DNA of 64,000 nucleotides, taken from positions 128,001-192,000 of the IMG/VR virus record IMGVR_UViG_3300045594_000116; one strand, given 5' to 3'. Under the pieces are notes generated by a model. That model had not been told where the DNA came from. It ran no database searches and saw only the letters and a list, made by a program, of their open reading frames with translations. This DNA comes from a virus (Duplodnaviria > Caudoviricetes). Shown in pieces: positions 1-10,225 of the stretch (positions are counted from its first letter, which is position 1; every line of letters starts with the position of its first letter). Made by a program: the position numbers and the translations under genes.

Positions 1-366
1 ACTGAAGATGGCGGAGGAGACGATGAGATAGATCAGCTCCAGCAGGATGTATTCTCCGATCTTACCCCTGCTCAGATTGCTATTAAGAACAAAGAGCTTA
101 AGGGTAACTTCATCAATCTCTATACCGACATCACATCTATCCTTGATAGACTTACCTCAGTGAATCGTACTTCTGATAATATCAGAACAATAGAGTTTAT
201 CACTCGTAAGTTTATGGATCTCAAAGATATAGTCAAAGATTCATTGGTCTTTACCTATGATCAGAAAAGCTATGTGCAGAATCAGATTGATCTTCAGAAG
301 TTTATCTCTATTTATGCTGGACTTACTCAGATGATTGAAGAACTTGGAGAAGAAGCCTCTAAATAG
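1..366 (+). CDS. hypothetical protein, 5'-truncated by the window edge
   Basis: Frame 1 is open from base 1 (TEDGGGDDEIDQLQQDVFSDL...) to TAG at 364-366. Confidence 0.75.
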   Translation, partial: TEDGGGDDEIDQLQQDVFSDLTPAQIAIKNKELKGNFINLYTDITSILDRLTSVNRTSDNIRTIEFITRKFMDLKDIVKDSLVFTYDQKSYVQNQIDLQKFISIYAGLTQMIEELGEEASK

Positions 367-399
367 CCAAATTAAATTCAAATGCGATTAGCTTAAATA

Positions 400-411
400 A
401 ACAATATAGTA
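400..411 (+). promoter_or_regulatory. late-type promoter AACA-N6-TA upstream of the capsid gene
   Basis: aacaatatagta matches the AR9 late consensus AACA-N6-TA/G; the motif recurs upstream of most structural genes here. Confidence 0.6.
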
Positions 412-435
412 AATATTTAGCCCAATCTCGGCTTG

Positions 436-445
436 ATATATTATA
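436..445 (+). promoter_or_regulatory. early-type promoter ATATATTATA
   Basis: One of ten exact intergenic copies found; resembles early promoters of phiKZ/AR9-like phages. Confidence 0.5.
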
Positions 446-480
446 TCTGAAAATAAGAAATTACTAAGGAGGAAATAAAC

Positions 481-2463
481 ATGTCTGTTGTAGGAACTAG
501 AGAAAATAACAAAGACATTATGCGCGGCTATGAGCAGGACGCCATGGCCCCATTTGCCGAAGCATTCGTAAACGTTGCAAAAGCTGGTATTGATGAGGGG
601 TGCAACTTCTTCGGAGATACGAGTGACTTTTTGCGTAATCGCTCCACTCGTGATGAGCTGAAGAAATTCTTCATGGAGCAGTCTTTCGATAAGGAAGATC
701 CGCGTTTCTGCCAGGAAGGCAAAAATGCAAACCCGAACGCTGCTGCTAACATCAAAGAGCATATGGACGAGATGTCTGCACTGTTCGAGAACGATGTTGA
801 GAAGATCATGACAGAGGCTTCGCCGCTGGGTGCTTTCAACAACGTTGTTGGTCTGGCACTGCCGATTCATAAGAATATTCTTATGAGTGCTGTGTTTGAT
901 CAGATTCTGCCGAAATCGGTTGCTCAGAGCCCGAAATTCACGCTGTCCCTTGAGACTCGTGAAATGATCGACATTCACGGCAACCACATCGATATGTTCA
1001 TGGAGCAGAACAAGATGACTCCGGCCATCAACGAGTCTGTTCCGAACCAGGATGTTATCATCCCGATTCCGGAAATGAAATCCGTGAACATTCTGAAAGA
1101 TACGTTCAACCTCGTTGGTCAGAAATATCATCTGTCCATCAAATCGGCTGTAACGGGTATCATCGTTGAGTCCATGTGCAAAACTGGCGATACGTATTAT
1201 GATGCAACGACGAAGACGATGAAGCAGGTTACGGCAGCAGCTGATGAAGGTATGAAACCGGTTCTGTTTGAGTGCGGCGAGATTCAGTTCCTGCCGGGTT
1301 ATGGCGAGATCGATCGTCAGATCAACAAGACGATTGGCTTCACAATCACGAAGGCTGATGGAACGACTGTTCCGGTTACCGGCGTACTGGCTGGTGGCGC
1401 TTACAAGGATGATACGTTCTACTTCACGTTCACGCCATCCACGGCTGAAGCTAAAGTTTCGGCTATCCGCTTCCATGCTGTCGTAGACACGACGTCTGCA
1501 GCATTCCCGACGGTCCGCTTCGAATGGGCTGCGAAGACTGATATCTTCCAGATCCCAGAGCAGCCACACGTTACGGTTACGGTATCCCCGGAATCCGTAA
1601 AAGATATCCAGGCTTCGTACGATGTAAACCAGATCACGAAGCTCATGAGCATGATGCAGCTTGCACTTGTTCATTGGAAAGATGACAATATCCTTATGGA
1701 TCTTGATCACAGCTTCAAGACGATGCCGGCAAGCCAGAAGGTCACCGGTGCAATCGATTGGGCTCCACCTCTCCAGTTCCTCGGTACGCCGAAGCAGTGG
1801 AGAACGGAAATGGGCATGGACCAGCTCGACAAGTACGTTACTCGTATGCTTCAGGTTCTGAACGACGAGAACATGACGATCCTTGTTGTTGGTCGTCCGG
1901 AGATCATCCGCAACATTGTTCCGCAGGAATATACGTACCAGGCTCCGAGCAACATCGGTCCGGTGCAGCTTGACTACACTCGTACGGTCGTTTCGACTGA
2001 TAAGCGTGTGTACAACTTCGTATCCAGCCAGAAGATGCGTAATGATAACAACCTTATCCTTATGCTGATTCCGCGCAACACTATGCGTATTACGTACAAA
2101 CTGATCGATTATCAGCTGTATGTATCCAATGAAATCCGCGATACTGTTAACTACGAGCTCCCGGGCATGACCTGCTTCGAGCGCTGGTTGTTCCTCCAGT
2201 ATCAGCCTGTACAGGGGAGAATTCAGATCATGAACGTTATGGGTACTCGTGAGCAGATCGAGAACAACAACCCGGTTGCTGATCGTGCTATGCATGATGA
2301 TACGGCTAACTACAGCTCCTACGCTTCTAGCGTCAATGGCGTTGTTAAGACGAGCGATGGTTCCTTCATCGGTGTCGCAAAGACGGCTACGCCGGCTGCT
2401 GCACATGAGAACAAAGCTGTTGTCGGTAACCCGACTGGCTTTGCTGCTCCTGACCAGCATTAA
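481..2463 (+). CDS. major capsid protein precursor (jumbo phage)
   Basis: 660 aa, strong RBS, very strong codon bias, late promoter and terminator, candidate propeptide cleavage site IMTE/AS; assignment from size, context and resemblance. Confidence 0.65.
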   Translation: MSVVGTRENNKDIMRGYEQDAMAPFAEAFVNVAKAGIDEGCNFFGDTSDFLRNRSTRDELKKFFMEQSFDKEDPRFCQEGKNANPNAAANIKEHMDEMSALFENDVEKIMTEASPLGAFNNVVGLALPIHKNILMSAVFDQILPKSVAQSPKFTLSLETREMIDIHGNHIDMFMEQNKMTPAINESVPNQDVIIPIPEMKSVNILKDTFNLVGQKYHLSIKSAVTGIIVESMCKTGDTYYDATTKTMKQVTAAADEGMKPVLFECGEIQFLPGYGEIDRQINKTIGFTITKADGTTVPVTGVLAGGAYKDDTFYFTFTPSTAEAKVSAIRFHAVVDTTSAAFPTVRFEWAAKTDIFQIPEQPHVTVTVSPESVKDIQASYDVNQITKLMSMMQLALVHWKDDNILMDLDHSFKTMPASQKVTGAIDWAPPLQFLGTPKQWRTEMGMDQLDKYVTRMLQVLNDENMTILVVGRPEIIRNIVPQEYTYQAPSNIGPVQLDYTRTVVSTDKRVYNFVSSQKMRNDNNLILMLIPRNTMRITYKLIDYQLYVSNEIRDTVNYELPGMTCFERWLFLQYQPVQGRIQIMNVMGTREQIENNNPVADRAMHDDTANYSSYASSVNGVVKTSDGSFIGVAKTATPAAAHENKAVVGNPTGFAAPDQH

Positions 2464-2483
2464 TCAAAATCATAGTAGAATAT

Positions 2484-2514
2484 ATAGAGGTACTGTCTAT
2501 GCAGTACCTCTTTA
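2484..2514 (+). terminator. intrinsic terminator
   Basis: agaggtactg-tctatg-cagtacctct followed by ttatt. Confidence 0.65.
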
Positions 2515-2549
2515 TTCTACGTTAAATTTATGGTAAAGGAGGAAATAGC

Positions 2550-3713
2550 ATGCTTAATGAAACTATGCAGAATAGAATTGGAGATCTTTCAGGAGCTTTG
2601 ATGACCCTGAAGATGCATCCGAAATCTGCTATTGTGCTTCAGGATATTCGCTCAGCAATCAATGCTATCTTCAAGAACGATAAAGGAGATGGAGTCTGCA
2701 AGCAGGTTATCTTTACTGAGAATACGGATAAACTCTTCTTCGGCATTGTAGTTATGCCTGTTATCCCAGCTGATAAGATCATCGATATTCTTATGAATGA
2801 TGAGCACTACATCATTCCAGAGGTATACGTAGAGCTTGATTCCAAACTGTTCTCTGAGATGCTTGATCTTGATGTCAATGAGATTACTGCATTGGTATTG
2901 AGAGAAGTAGACCATATGGTATCAGATGCACGGCCTATGGAGCAGATCAAGAATGATATCGATAATTACCTTTATAAGAAGGGTGAGAATATCAAGCTGT
3001 CTGATTCTGTTCACTATAAGGAATTACTTTCCTTTGGTGTACGTGATGCTATCCGCAAAACGGTATCTATCTTTGAAGCTACGAAAGATCATATCACTGA
3101 TCAGTCTGATGATGATATGGAAATCGCCGAGGATCTTAGATCTGCAATGAATAAGATCGATAACAACGGTTTCAACTTCAATAGCGAGATTGATAACAAA
3201 TTGATCTTCTTGTCCTGGGTGCTGCGCTTGTATAGAGACGTATTGACGTATCGTGTTAATGCTATCTATACGTTGAAGCATAGCATTCGCTTGACTCCAT
3301 CTGTTCTCGAGCAGAAAGAGATGAAGAATATCATTTCTCGCCTGGAAAGAATCGATGATGATAGTTTGCTTCAGGAAGGTAGTGTGCTTGGAAACATCAT
3401 TGATGCATTCAGACGTACTTCTGGGGATATGAAGCGTAATGGTATCAAACGGTATGAAGATGATTTCTATGAGATTCAGTTTGAGGTAAATAACATCGAG
3501 ACTCAGGAAGAGGCTATGCTGCTGTTGCATCGTATCAACTCCCGTATGTCTGTTATCGATGATTACATCAGCACTGAGGAAATGAATAAGTCTGATTACC
3601 ATCGTTGGACCGGACTGTACCAGAAGTATGGTGCACTTAGAGCTACTCTGGCAAAGAATAAGATCTACCAGAACAAGACTCGTCTCTATGTCAACTATGG
3701 CATGGATGATTAA
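2550..3713 (+). CDS. putative virion protein with a degenerate zincin-like motif
   Basis: AAGGAGG RBS; EITALVLREVDH resembles a degenerate HExxH; directly follows the capsid gene. Confidence 0.5.
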   Translation: MLNETMQNRIGDLSGALMTLKMHPKSAIVLQDIRSAINAIFKNDKGDGVCKQVIFTENTDKLFFGIVVMPVIPADKIIDILMNDEHYIIPEVYVELDSKLFSEMLDLDVNEITALVLREVDHMVSDARPMEQIKNDIDNYLYKKGENIKLSDSVHYKELLSFGVRDAIRKTVSIFEATKDHITDQSDDDMEIAEDLRSAMNKIDNNGFNFNSEIDNKLIFLSWVLRLYRDVLTYRVNAIYTLKHSIRLTPSVLEQKEMKNIISRLERIDDDSLLQEGSVLGNIIDAFRRTSGDMKRNGIKRYEDDFYEIQFEVNNIETQEEAMLLLHRINSRMSVIDDYISTEEMNKSDYHRWTGLYQKYGALRATLAKNKIYQNKTRLYVNYGMDD

Positions 3714-3798
3714 AAATATAAAGTATACAACAAGAATATATCAGGCATAGCTTGAATGCTATGCCTTTATATTTTGCTAGGAGGTTAAATAGAAATAC

Positions 3799-4009
3799 AA
3801 TGAATAAGAAACTGGTATCAATGACAAGAGAAGAGATTATGGATGAGCTTAAAGAAGGAAAGTCTGATTTCATTTCCTCACATAGATTAGAGCTGATGTT
3901 ACTCTCAATGCGTGAGAGATATGATAAAAATCTTTGGATATTGCCTAAAGGTGAAACATCTGCTTTACACCTTCCTATTACCCACTTAGATCTTGATAAA
4001 AACAATTAA
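3799..4009 (+). CDS. hypothetical protein
   Basis: Short ORF; start MNKKL chosen from the upstream gaggt, start uncertain. Confidence 0.45.
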
Positions 4010-4022
4010 ATTTCTTTCATTC

Positions 4023-4032
4023 ATATATTATA
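4023..4032 (+). promoter_or_regulatory. early-type promoter ATATATTATA
   Basis: Exact motif followed by TGAATGAAGGAGG. Confidence 0.6.
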
Positions 4033-4127
4033 TGAATGAAGGAGGTTTAAATAGAATTTAAACAGAGTGTCTACAATTCTATTAATCAGGCCCAAATTAG
4101 GTCAAGTAATGAGAGGAGTCATCAATC

Positions 4128-4928
4128 ATGGCATTAGGACAAACGTATGACAACAACAAAAATGAGGCTTATCGCCCTACAGTGTATGGTATTTCGATGA
4201 GCAATACAGGAGAGAGCGCAGTTGACAAAACTCAGTTGTCTTTCTCTATGTGGAAAGGTACTATTAAAGTACAGATCGCACCAATGGTTAAAGCATCATC
4301 GTCTGACGATTTCCCGAAAGCAGATCGTGATTCTGCTGCATCCATCTATCTTAGCCCATCTAAGGCTTATATGCTTTCGCAGATTATGCGTAAGTGCTTG
4401 GATGATATTAAAGCCTTCCCGTTGGATGGCTATTCCATCAATGCTGGTGGTGGTCTTATCACTATCAGCTCTGGTAAAGATTTCGGAGCTAAGAACCCAT
4501 GCATCGTTCTTCGTTCGATCAATCCGGATACCGGCAAGGTTGAAGCGATGTATGCATATGAGTTCAAGACTGATTACCATACGGTAATTGAGAACTACAA
4601 TGAAGAGAAAGGTAGCTATACTGAAAATGCAAAGATGTTTGCAAACATCGAGATGCAGCAGGTGATTGAGCAGCTTGAAGACTATGCTCGCTCTTCCAAT
4701 CACGCATATGCATTCTCTGTATGTGATAGCATGTCTTTCCAGCTGAACTCTGTACGTTCTGACATTGGCAAAGTTGCTGAGAAACTTGGCGTAACGCTTG
4801 GTAGTAAGGGCGGACGCAAAGGAACATCTCGTAGCTTCTTCAATAAAGGCGGAAATGGTGGAAACGCCAGTGAGAGTGTAGCTCATCAGACTGCGACCAT
4901 TGATGATATCGTTGGTAACGACGACTAA
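4128..4928 (+). CDS. putative single-stranded DNA-binding protein
   Basis: Beta-rich N-terminus, Gly-rich linker, acidic C-terminal tip (TIDDIVGNDD) typical of SSBs; inference from architecture only. Confidence 0.4.
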   Translation: MALGQTYDNNKNEAYRPTVYGISMSNTGESAVDKTQLSFSMWKGTIKVQIAPMVKASSSDDFPKADRDSAASIYLSPSKAYMLSQIMRKCLDDIKAFPLDGYSINAGGGLITISSGKDFGAKNPCIVLRSINPDTGKVEAMYAYEFKTDYHTVIENYNEEKGSYTENAKMFANIEMQQVIEQLEDYARSSNHAYAFSVCDSMSFQLNSVRSDIGKVAEKLGVTLGSKGGRKGTSRSFFNKGGNGGNASESVAHQTATIDDIVGNDD

Positions 4929-4978
4929 ATTAAAAGGAGGATAAAGAGTGTACTTAGGTGCACTCTTTATTTTTTGCC

Positions 4979-5623
4979 ATGAGTAAAGTAAATACTATAA
5001 ATAATCTTGTAGAGTTTAATTGCATTCTTGGCACTGATGTCGGTATAGTTAAGGTACTATTGAAGCACTATGGTAAGTCTGGGTATTTCGATATCCATTA
5101 TTCTACAGAGAACTCATTGAAAAATAAGTTACTTTGGAGGGATAATTGGAATCCTCTTACTATAATGCTTAAACCGGATTATATGGATAGTGCCAATGAT
5201 TTATACAAAGAGGTAGTTAAGAAGTATGAGGATGAGATATATGAGTTATCTCCTTATACTGACATTCTAAGATTCATGAATCTTATGCAGAATAATGATG
5301 ATTGGAAAACCAACTGTTGCGTAAATTGTAAAAATGAACGACAAAAACAAATCGTTAAACAGATCAATTCGAGATTTCAAATCTCGATAGATCAAATTAG
5401 CATGAGAGAGTATACGACTCTCTTTATTAATGAGATAGAGAATATTGCTAAGTATCGAGATCTTGGAGGGAAGTATATCTTCATATCTAATTATAGATTC
5501 AACCTTACTGAAGACTTTGTACCTAAACCGGTCATACTCTTAGAAGGTGGTTATAATAAGGTGAGAATGATAGATCCTTATAAAGGTCTACGATTACCAG
5601 TCAAAAACGAAGGAGATATGTGA
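4979..5623 (+). CDS. hypothetical protein
   Basis: Open frame that overlaps the start region of the chaperonin gene. Confidence 0.65.
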   Translation: MSKVNTINNLVEFNCILGTDVGIVKVLLKHYGKSGYFDIHYSTENSLKNKLLWRDNWNPLTIMLKPDYMDSANDLYKEVVKKYEDEIYELSPYTDILRFMNLMQNNDDWKTNCCVNCKNERQKQIVKQINSRFQISIDQISMREYTTLFINEIENIAKYRDLGGKYIFISNYRFNLTEDFVPKPVILLEGGYNKVRMIDPYKGLRLPVKNEGDM

Positions 5624-7533
5624 ACACTATGGGAACTGAATTAGTTACTAACGTTGTAAGCAAAACAAATCTGAGAAAGGCTCAGCTGAATGCATTCCGC
5701 ATTGCTGCTGAAACTCTTACGTGTGCTTTCGGACCGTATGCATCTACTACGGCTATTCGTCATGGCGAAACCGAGAAAGATCAGTTCGGTGGCACTACCT
5801 ATACTAAGGATGGTCATACCATTCTTAAAAGCCTGCTGATCAATCGTCCGATCGAGATGTCTGCTATTGAAGATCTGAAACGTATTACGTCTGAGACTGT
5901 AAAGAAGGTCGGCGATGGAACGACTTCTGCGACCATTCTGTCGTATATCATCTATCAGTGGCTTACGTTTGCCAACAATAAGTTTGGCATTCCTGAATCT
6001 CGTCTTGTACGTGATCTACAGAGTACGACGAAGCAGATCATCGATCTGATCGAGACGAAGAAGCGTCCATGCACCTCTATGGATATCTTCGAGATTGCCA
6101 TTATCTCCACGAATGGCAACGTAGAAGTTTCTAATGCCATCAAGCAGCTCTATGAGAAGCATGGCATGGGTGTATTTATCGACGTAGGCATTTCCAATAC
6201 GGAAGAGCATGTAGTCAAAGAGTACGATGGCCTGACCTTTGATCAGGGCTATTACAATGCTGGCTTCATCAACAATGAGGCAAAAGGTACTTGCGAGATC
6301 GATCGTCCGAAGATCTATGTATTTGAAGATCCGGTAGATACTCCATCTATGCGTACATTCTTTGATAAGATTCTGTATGACAATATCTGGGGTCCGCTCA
6401 GCTCTTATGCTTCCGCTAAGCAGCAGGGTAAAGAAACGAAGGTATCTATCGTTCCGACTGTTATCTTCAGCCCGGCATATGGCCATGATATGAAGTCTAT
6501 GGCTGATGATGTAATGGCACGCTTTGGCCAGTTCCCGGTCAACCAGAAGCCGCCATTCCTTTCTGTAACGAATATCCATGATAAAGATGCTCTGTCTGAT
6601 CTTTGCACTTTGACTGGAGCTCGTCTTATCAAGAAGTATCAGCTTCCGGAAGAGGAGAAAGAGGATCAGGGACGTGGTCTTGCTCCGACGCTTGAGACTA
6701 TTCATGAGTTCTCTGGCACGGCTGGCCGTGTAGTTGCAGATGCGGCAAAGACTAAGGTTGTAGATCCTGGCCTGATGTTTGTATACAGCTCTGACGGTGA
6801 AATTGAGAAGGATGAAAACGGCAATCCTGTACACAGTAATGTGTATGAGAATCTGGTCAATGCTTGTGAACTCCAGCTCAAGCAGCTTGAGAACGAGCAT
6901 AAAGAACTGACTCAGATCTATCTACTGAAGAAGAGAATCAACTCTCTTAAAGGAAATATGGTAGAGTATCTGGTTGGTGGTGTATCAACGTCTGATCGTG
7001 ATTCTGTTAAGGATCTGGTTGAGGATGCTGTATTGAACTGCCGTAGTGCTGCTGCTGAAGGTGTTGGCTATGGTGCTAACTTTGAGGCTCTGCGTGCGCT
7101 CAATACTCTCGCCAAGAAAGAGTCTCCGGACAAAGCTATTGATCCGAATACGCAATATTCCATGGTTTCTATGCTGCTTGATGCATATACTACCATGGCA
7201 CAGACTCTGTATAAGAGTGCTCTTGATGGTAATGCTCAGGAGGCGCTTCAGCTTGTTGCACTTAGTGTAGCAAAAGATCGTCCTTGCAATCTTGCTGAGC
7301 TTGTTGTCACCTCTGATGGTGCTGGTGGACACAATATCACTGATGCAGCTATCGATGCAGCATTCAATGAAGCTCGTCCGGTTCTTAGCTCCATCAAGTC
7401 TGATGAGGTAATTCTCAATGCGATTTCCAAGATCATTGGCGTTACGTTCGCAACGAATCAGTATTTCGTTCAGGACCCGCGCTATAACATCTATGAAGAT
7501 GCTCCGGTAGTTGCAGCCGCAGTAACGAAATAA
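5620..7533 (+). CDS. groEL: GroEL-like phage chaperonin
   Basis: FGPY, TKDGHTI, GDGTTSAT, VEDAV chaperonin motifs; true start may be ATG at 5629. Confidence 0.92.
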   Translation: MNTMGTELVTNVVSKTNLRKAQLNAFRIAAETLTCAFGPYASTTAIRHGETEKDQFGGTTYTKDGHTILKSLLINRPIEMSAIEDLKRITSETVKKVGDGTTSATILSYIIYQWLTFANNKFGIPESRLVRDLQSTTKQIIDLIETKKRPCTSMDIFEIAIISTNGNVEVSNAIKQLYEKHGMGVFIDVGISNTEEHVVKEYDGLTFDQGYYNAGFINNEAKGTCEIDRPKIYVFEDPVDTPSMRTFFDKILYDNIWGPLSSYASAKQQGKETKVSIVPTVIFSPAYGHDMKSMADDVMARFGQFPVNQKPPFLSVTNIHDKDALSDLCTLTGARLIKKYQLPEEEKEDQGRGLAPTLETIHEFSGTAGRVVADAAKTKVVDPGLMFVYSSDGEIEKDENGNPVHSNVYENLVNACELQLKQLENEHKELTQIYLLKKRINSLKGNMVEYLVGGVSTSDRDSVKDLVEDAVLNCRSAAAEGVGYGANFEALRALNTLAKKESPDKAIDPNTQYSMVSMLLDAYTTMAQTLYKSALDGNAQEALQLVALSVAKDRPCNLAELVVTSDGAGGHNITDAAIDAAFNEARPVLSSIKSDEVILNAISKIIGVTFATNQYFVQDPRYNIYEDAPVVAAAVTK

Positions 7534-7614
7534 ATCATAAAATGATGGTAAATAAAGGCTACGAGTTTCTTCGTAGCCTTTAAATACCGCGTTTTAAAAT
7601 CGAGGTGAAATTAT

Positions 7615-8409
7615 ATGCGTATGACATTTAATGAGTATATTAAGAATCCTGCTGGTAAGGATAATGCTGTATACAGCGCTAGAGAAATGTTCAAAAAGAT
7701 GTATACTGAGAAGTATAGCAAGGTAATGACTAGGGAAGCTGGTCATATGTCCACGTCGATGTATATCAAAGGCAACAGTGTTCTCAGTGCCAGTGATTAT
7801 ATCATTCATCTCAGAGTTCCATCTGAAACTGTAGCTCATTTCTTCTATGATGTGGTGATAAGCTTTAGTACATCTAATGCTATTCATGCTATCGGAAATG
7901 ACTTGTTCGACTATGATGCTAAGTTCTATAGCAATGATCCAGCATTCGTATTCACTTTTGCTCATTCGTTCATAAAGAACAAGATGTTCTTCGAGGATCT
8001 TAGATCTAAGATGAGTAAGATAGCTATTAGGGATAAGGCTAAAGTACGCAATCCTAAAGATGTAATCGGATACGTGAAGACAATCTACTTCGCTTATCTG
8101 TATATGAAGGATCATGGGCTTAACAATAAAGCACAGTGGAGCACAGCTGTATCGTACAATCCAAAGTATCTTCTCGACAATGTAATGCCGGCAGATAATA
8201 AGGTAGCTCTTCGTCAGGAAAAGCGTGGAGAAAAAGCCGATAACTCCAAACCTATTGAAAAGAAGAAGAAGCATTTTGAAGTTCAGGGTGCTACTAGTAA
8301 CATTACTCGTCGTAAAGGTGCCGGTAAGCTTACAAGAAAGGCTAATAGAGTCAATAAAGCTAAGCGCGCAGGTATGGTAAACACGGTTCGTTCGGGACGT
8401 ATCGTATAA
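7615..8409 (+). CDS. hypothetical protein with a basic C-terminal tail
   Basis: gaggtg RBS, 264 aa, K/R-rich C-terminus. Confidence 0.75.
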   Translation: MRMTFNEYIKNPAGKDNAVYSAREMFKKMYTEKYSKVMTREAGHMSTSMYIKGNSVLSASDYIIHLRVPSETVAHFFYDVVISFSTSNAIHAIGNDLFDYDAKFYSNDPAFVFTFAHSFIKNKMFFEDLRSKMSKIAIRDKAKVRNPKDVIGYVKTIYFAYLYMKDHGLNNKAQWSTAVSYNPKYLLDNVMPADNKVALRQEKRGEKADNSKPIEKKKKHFEVQGATSNITRRKGAGKLTRKANRVNKAKRAGMVNTVRSGRIV

Positions 8410-8423
8410 ACTGCAAGTAGATT

Positions 8424-8433
8424 ATATATTATA
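8424..8433 (+). promoter_or_regulatory. early-type promoter ATATATTATA
   Basis: Exact motif. Confidence 0.55.
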
Positions 8434-8436
8434 ATT

Positions 8437-10164
8437 TTGAAAGTAAAAATCTCAATAGGGAGGAATTTACAATTGCAACAGACTGCTATGAAACTTGTAG
8501 AACCATCAGAGGTTATACCAGTTGACCAATGGTTACCAGAGAGCCCGTCAGATGTATTATTTGACCATGCTCGATCTGCGATTATCCTTAACATTGCTCC
8601 ACTGTATGGTTTGGAGAGTGAGAAGGAAAATATCAACTATTTCGTTATGTCACCAAATCGGTGCTATAATGGAGATACAAAAGTTAAGTATAAAAAGGAA
8701 GGTAAGAACGTAGCAGACGTATATCATACGATTACGGATGAGGTTCTTGCTAAGTATGATGAAATGGTACAAGCCGGATTGATCAAAGAGTACAGTACAT
8801 CTGTAGGGTTCAGAGATCATTTTTGCCGTTACATCAATTATTTCGAGAAGTTTTATGATAAAGATCACTGGCTGTTTGCATTCTATGCAAGAATCAAATT
8901 CATGATTGACTATATGCCTGGATATCCAGAGTATACAGCAGAGGGTTTGATCAGTGATCTGAAGAGATGTATCATTGACTACAGAAACAAAGATGGTTCG
9001 TTCTCAATGCTACATGCATGTATATCCAATATGGTTAATGATAATTATTTCATTAATCAGACTTATGAGAATTCGATGAATGAATGCTTGGCGTATAATA
9101 ATCACCATGCAAAAATTCTTATGGAAATCTCTATCATCTTTAACATGGGAATTCCTATTCTCTCTCATTATGCATTCAAAGCCGGATTGGCATCAGTGGA
9201 TGTCAACCGTCTGTTCATGATGTTCTTCGATGAAGTCTATAAGATGACTAAAGAGAAGCATGGAGTTGATATGTTCAGTAAGCTTTATGAGACTACTGAA
9301 AGCAATGTCATCAAGAATGTAAAGAGAAATGGAATGCTCTGGGATATGCAGGATATCCGTGGTATCAATCCTACTACCTTGATATTCAAGATTGTAGAGC
9401 AGATTACCAGACAGCTTATTCCTAAGTATGTATTTGATAAGAACGTAGTGTTCTTTAACTTTAATGCTATTCTCAGTGAGCTTAGATATAAGGTTACTGA
9501 TAATGAGTATGAGTTTAAGCTTGCATCTGTATCATCATCTGATAGAGATGAAGATAATAACTCTGCTGCTGATAAGTTTGAAGCGCATATCTCTAAAGTA
9601 AATGAAGCATTGGTATTGCAGTCAAATGTAAACTGCGATAGTACAATGGAAAAGATAGAGCAGCTCTATGGGCCATTCTCTAATGAGGAGATTGAGTTCT
9701 ATAAGAAAGAGCTTACTCGTAATGGAAGACCTATCAAGACCGAGTATCAGACGTATCTTATCTCTTACTTGTTCTTGAAGTATTTCAAAGATAAAGGTGC
9801 TACGACACTTGTAAACAACCGTAACTATATCAAACTTATGATTGCGGCTAAGAGATTTCTCTATAGTGCAGGACTAACCATTCTGCCTGAGATTATCGCT
9901 GGTCGTGCTGAGCGTATTGTTACAAAGAAAGTTGTAAACAAGAAGATCAAGCTCCGCATTCAGATGTCCGAAATGTATCCACGAGTTCAGGCTAAATATC
10001 AAAACCCGAAACTTGAGGATAATATCTTCGGACATATTGCAAAGATTCTGGCATCAGATTTCAGAATGATTGATTTCCACCATCCGGAACTTAATGGCCG
10101 GAAGTTGGAACCTATTCCTGAACTTCTCTGCGAAGAATTCTTGCAATTTGTAATGATGATTTAA
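8437..10164 (+). CDS. large helical protein; candidate promoter-specificity (sigma-like) subunit of the non-virion RNAP
   Basis: Early promoter; two genes from the chaperonin, as gp226 is from chaperonin gp228 in AR9; function by synteny only; true start likely ~8473 after ggaggaa. Confidence 0.4.
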   Translation: MKVKISIGRNLQLQQTAMKLVEPSEVIPVDQWLPESPSDVLFDHARSAIILNIAPLYGLESEKENINYFVMSPNRCYNGDTKVKYKKEGKNVADVYHTITDEVLAKYDEMVQAGLIKEYSTSVGFRDHFCRYINYFEKFYDKDHWLFAFYARIKFMIDYMPGYPEYTAEGLISDLKRCIIDYRNKDGSFSMLHACISNMVNDNYFINQTYENSMNECLAYNNHHAKILMEISIIFNMGIPILSHYAFKAGLASVDVNRLFMMFFDEVYKMTKEKHGVDMFSKLYETTESNVIKNVKRNGMLWDMQDIRGINPTTLIFKIVEQITRQLIPKYVFDKNVVFFNFNAILSELRYKVTDNEYEFKLASVSSSDRDEDNNSAADKFEAHISKVNEALVLQSNVNCDSTMEKIEQLYGPFSNEEIEFYKKELTRNGRPIKTEYQTYLISYLFLKYFKDKGATTLVNNRNYIKLMIAAKRFLYSAGLTILPEIIAGRAERIVTKKVVNKKIKLRIQMSEMYPRVQAKYQNPKLEDNIFGHIAKILASDFRMIDFHHPELNGRKLEPIPELLCEEFLQFVMMI

Positions 10165-10225
10165 AAGGGATTTAGGGTAAGCAGTAATGCTTACCCTTTA
10201 TTTTTCTTTTTAAGGAGGCATTAGA

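Noticed and set aside
388-2460. 690-aa antisense ORF spanning the capsid gene (and similar shadows at 6016-6900, 40316-41167, 33643-34323)
   Set aside because: Codon-aligned mirror of highly biased sense genes; no RBS, no recognisable motifs, unnatural composition.
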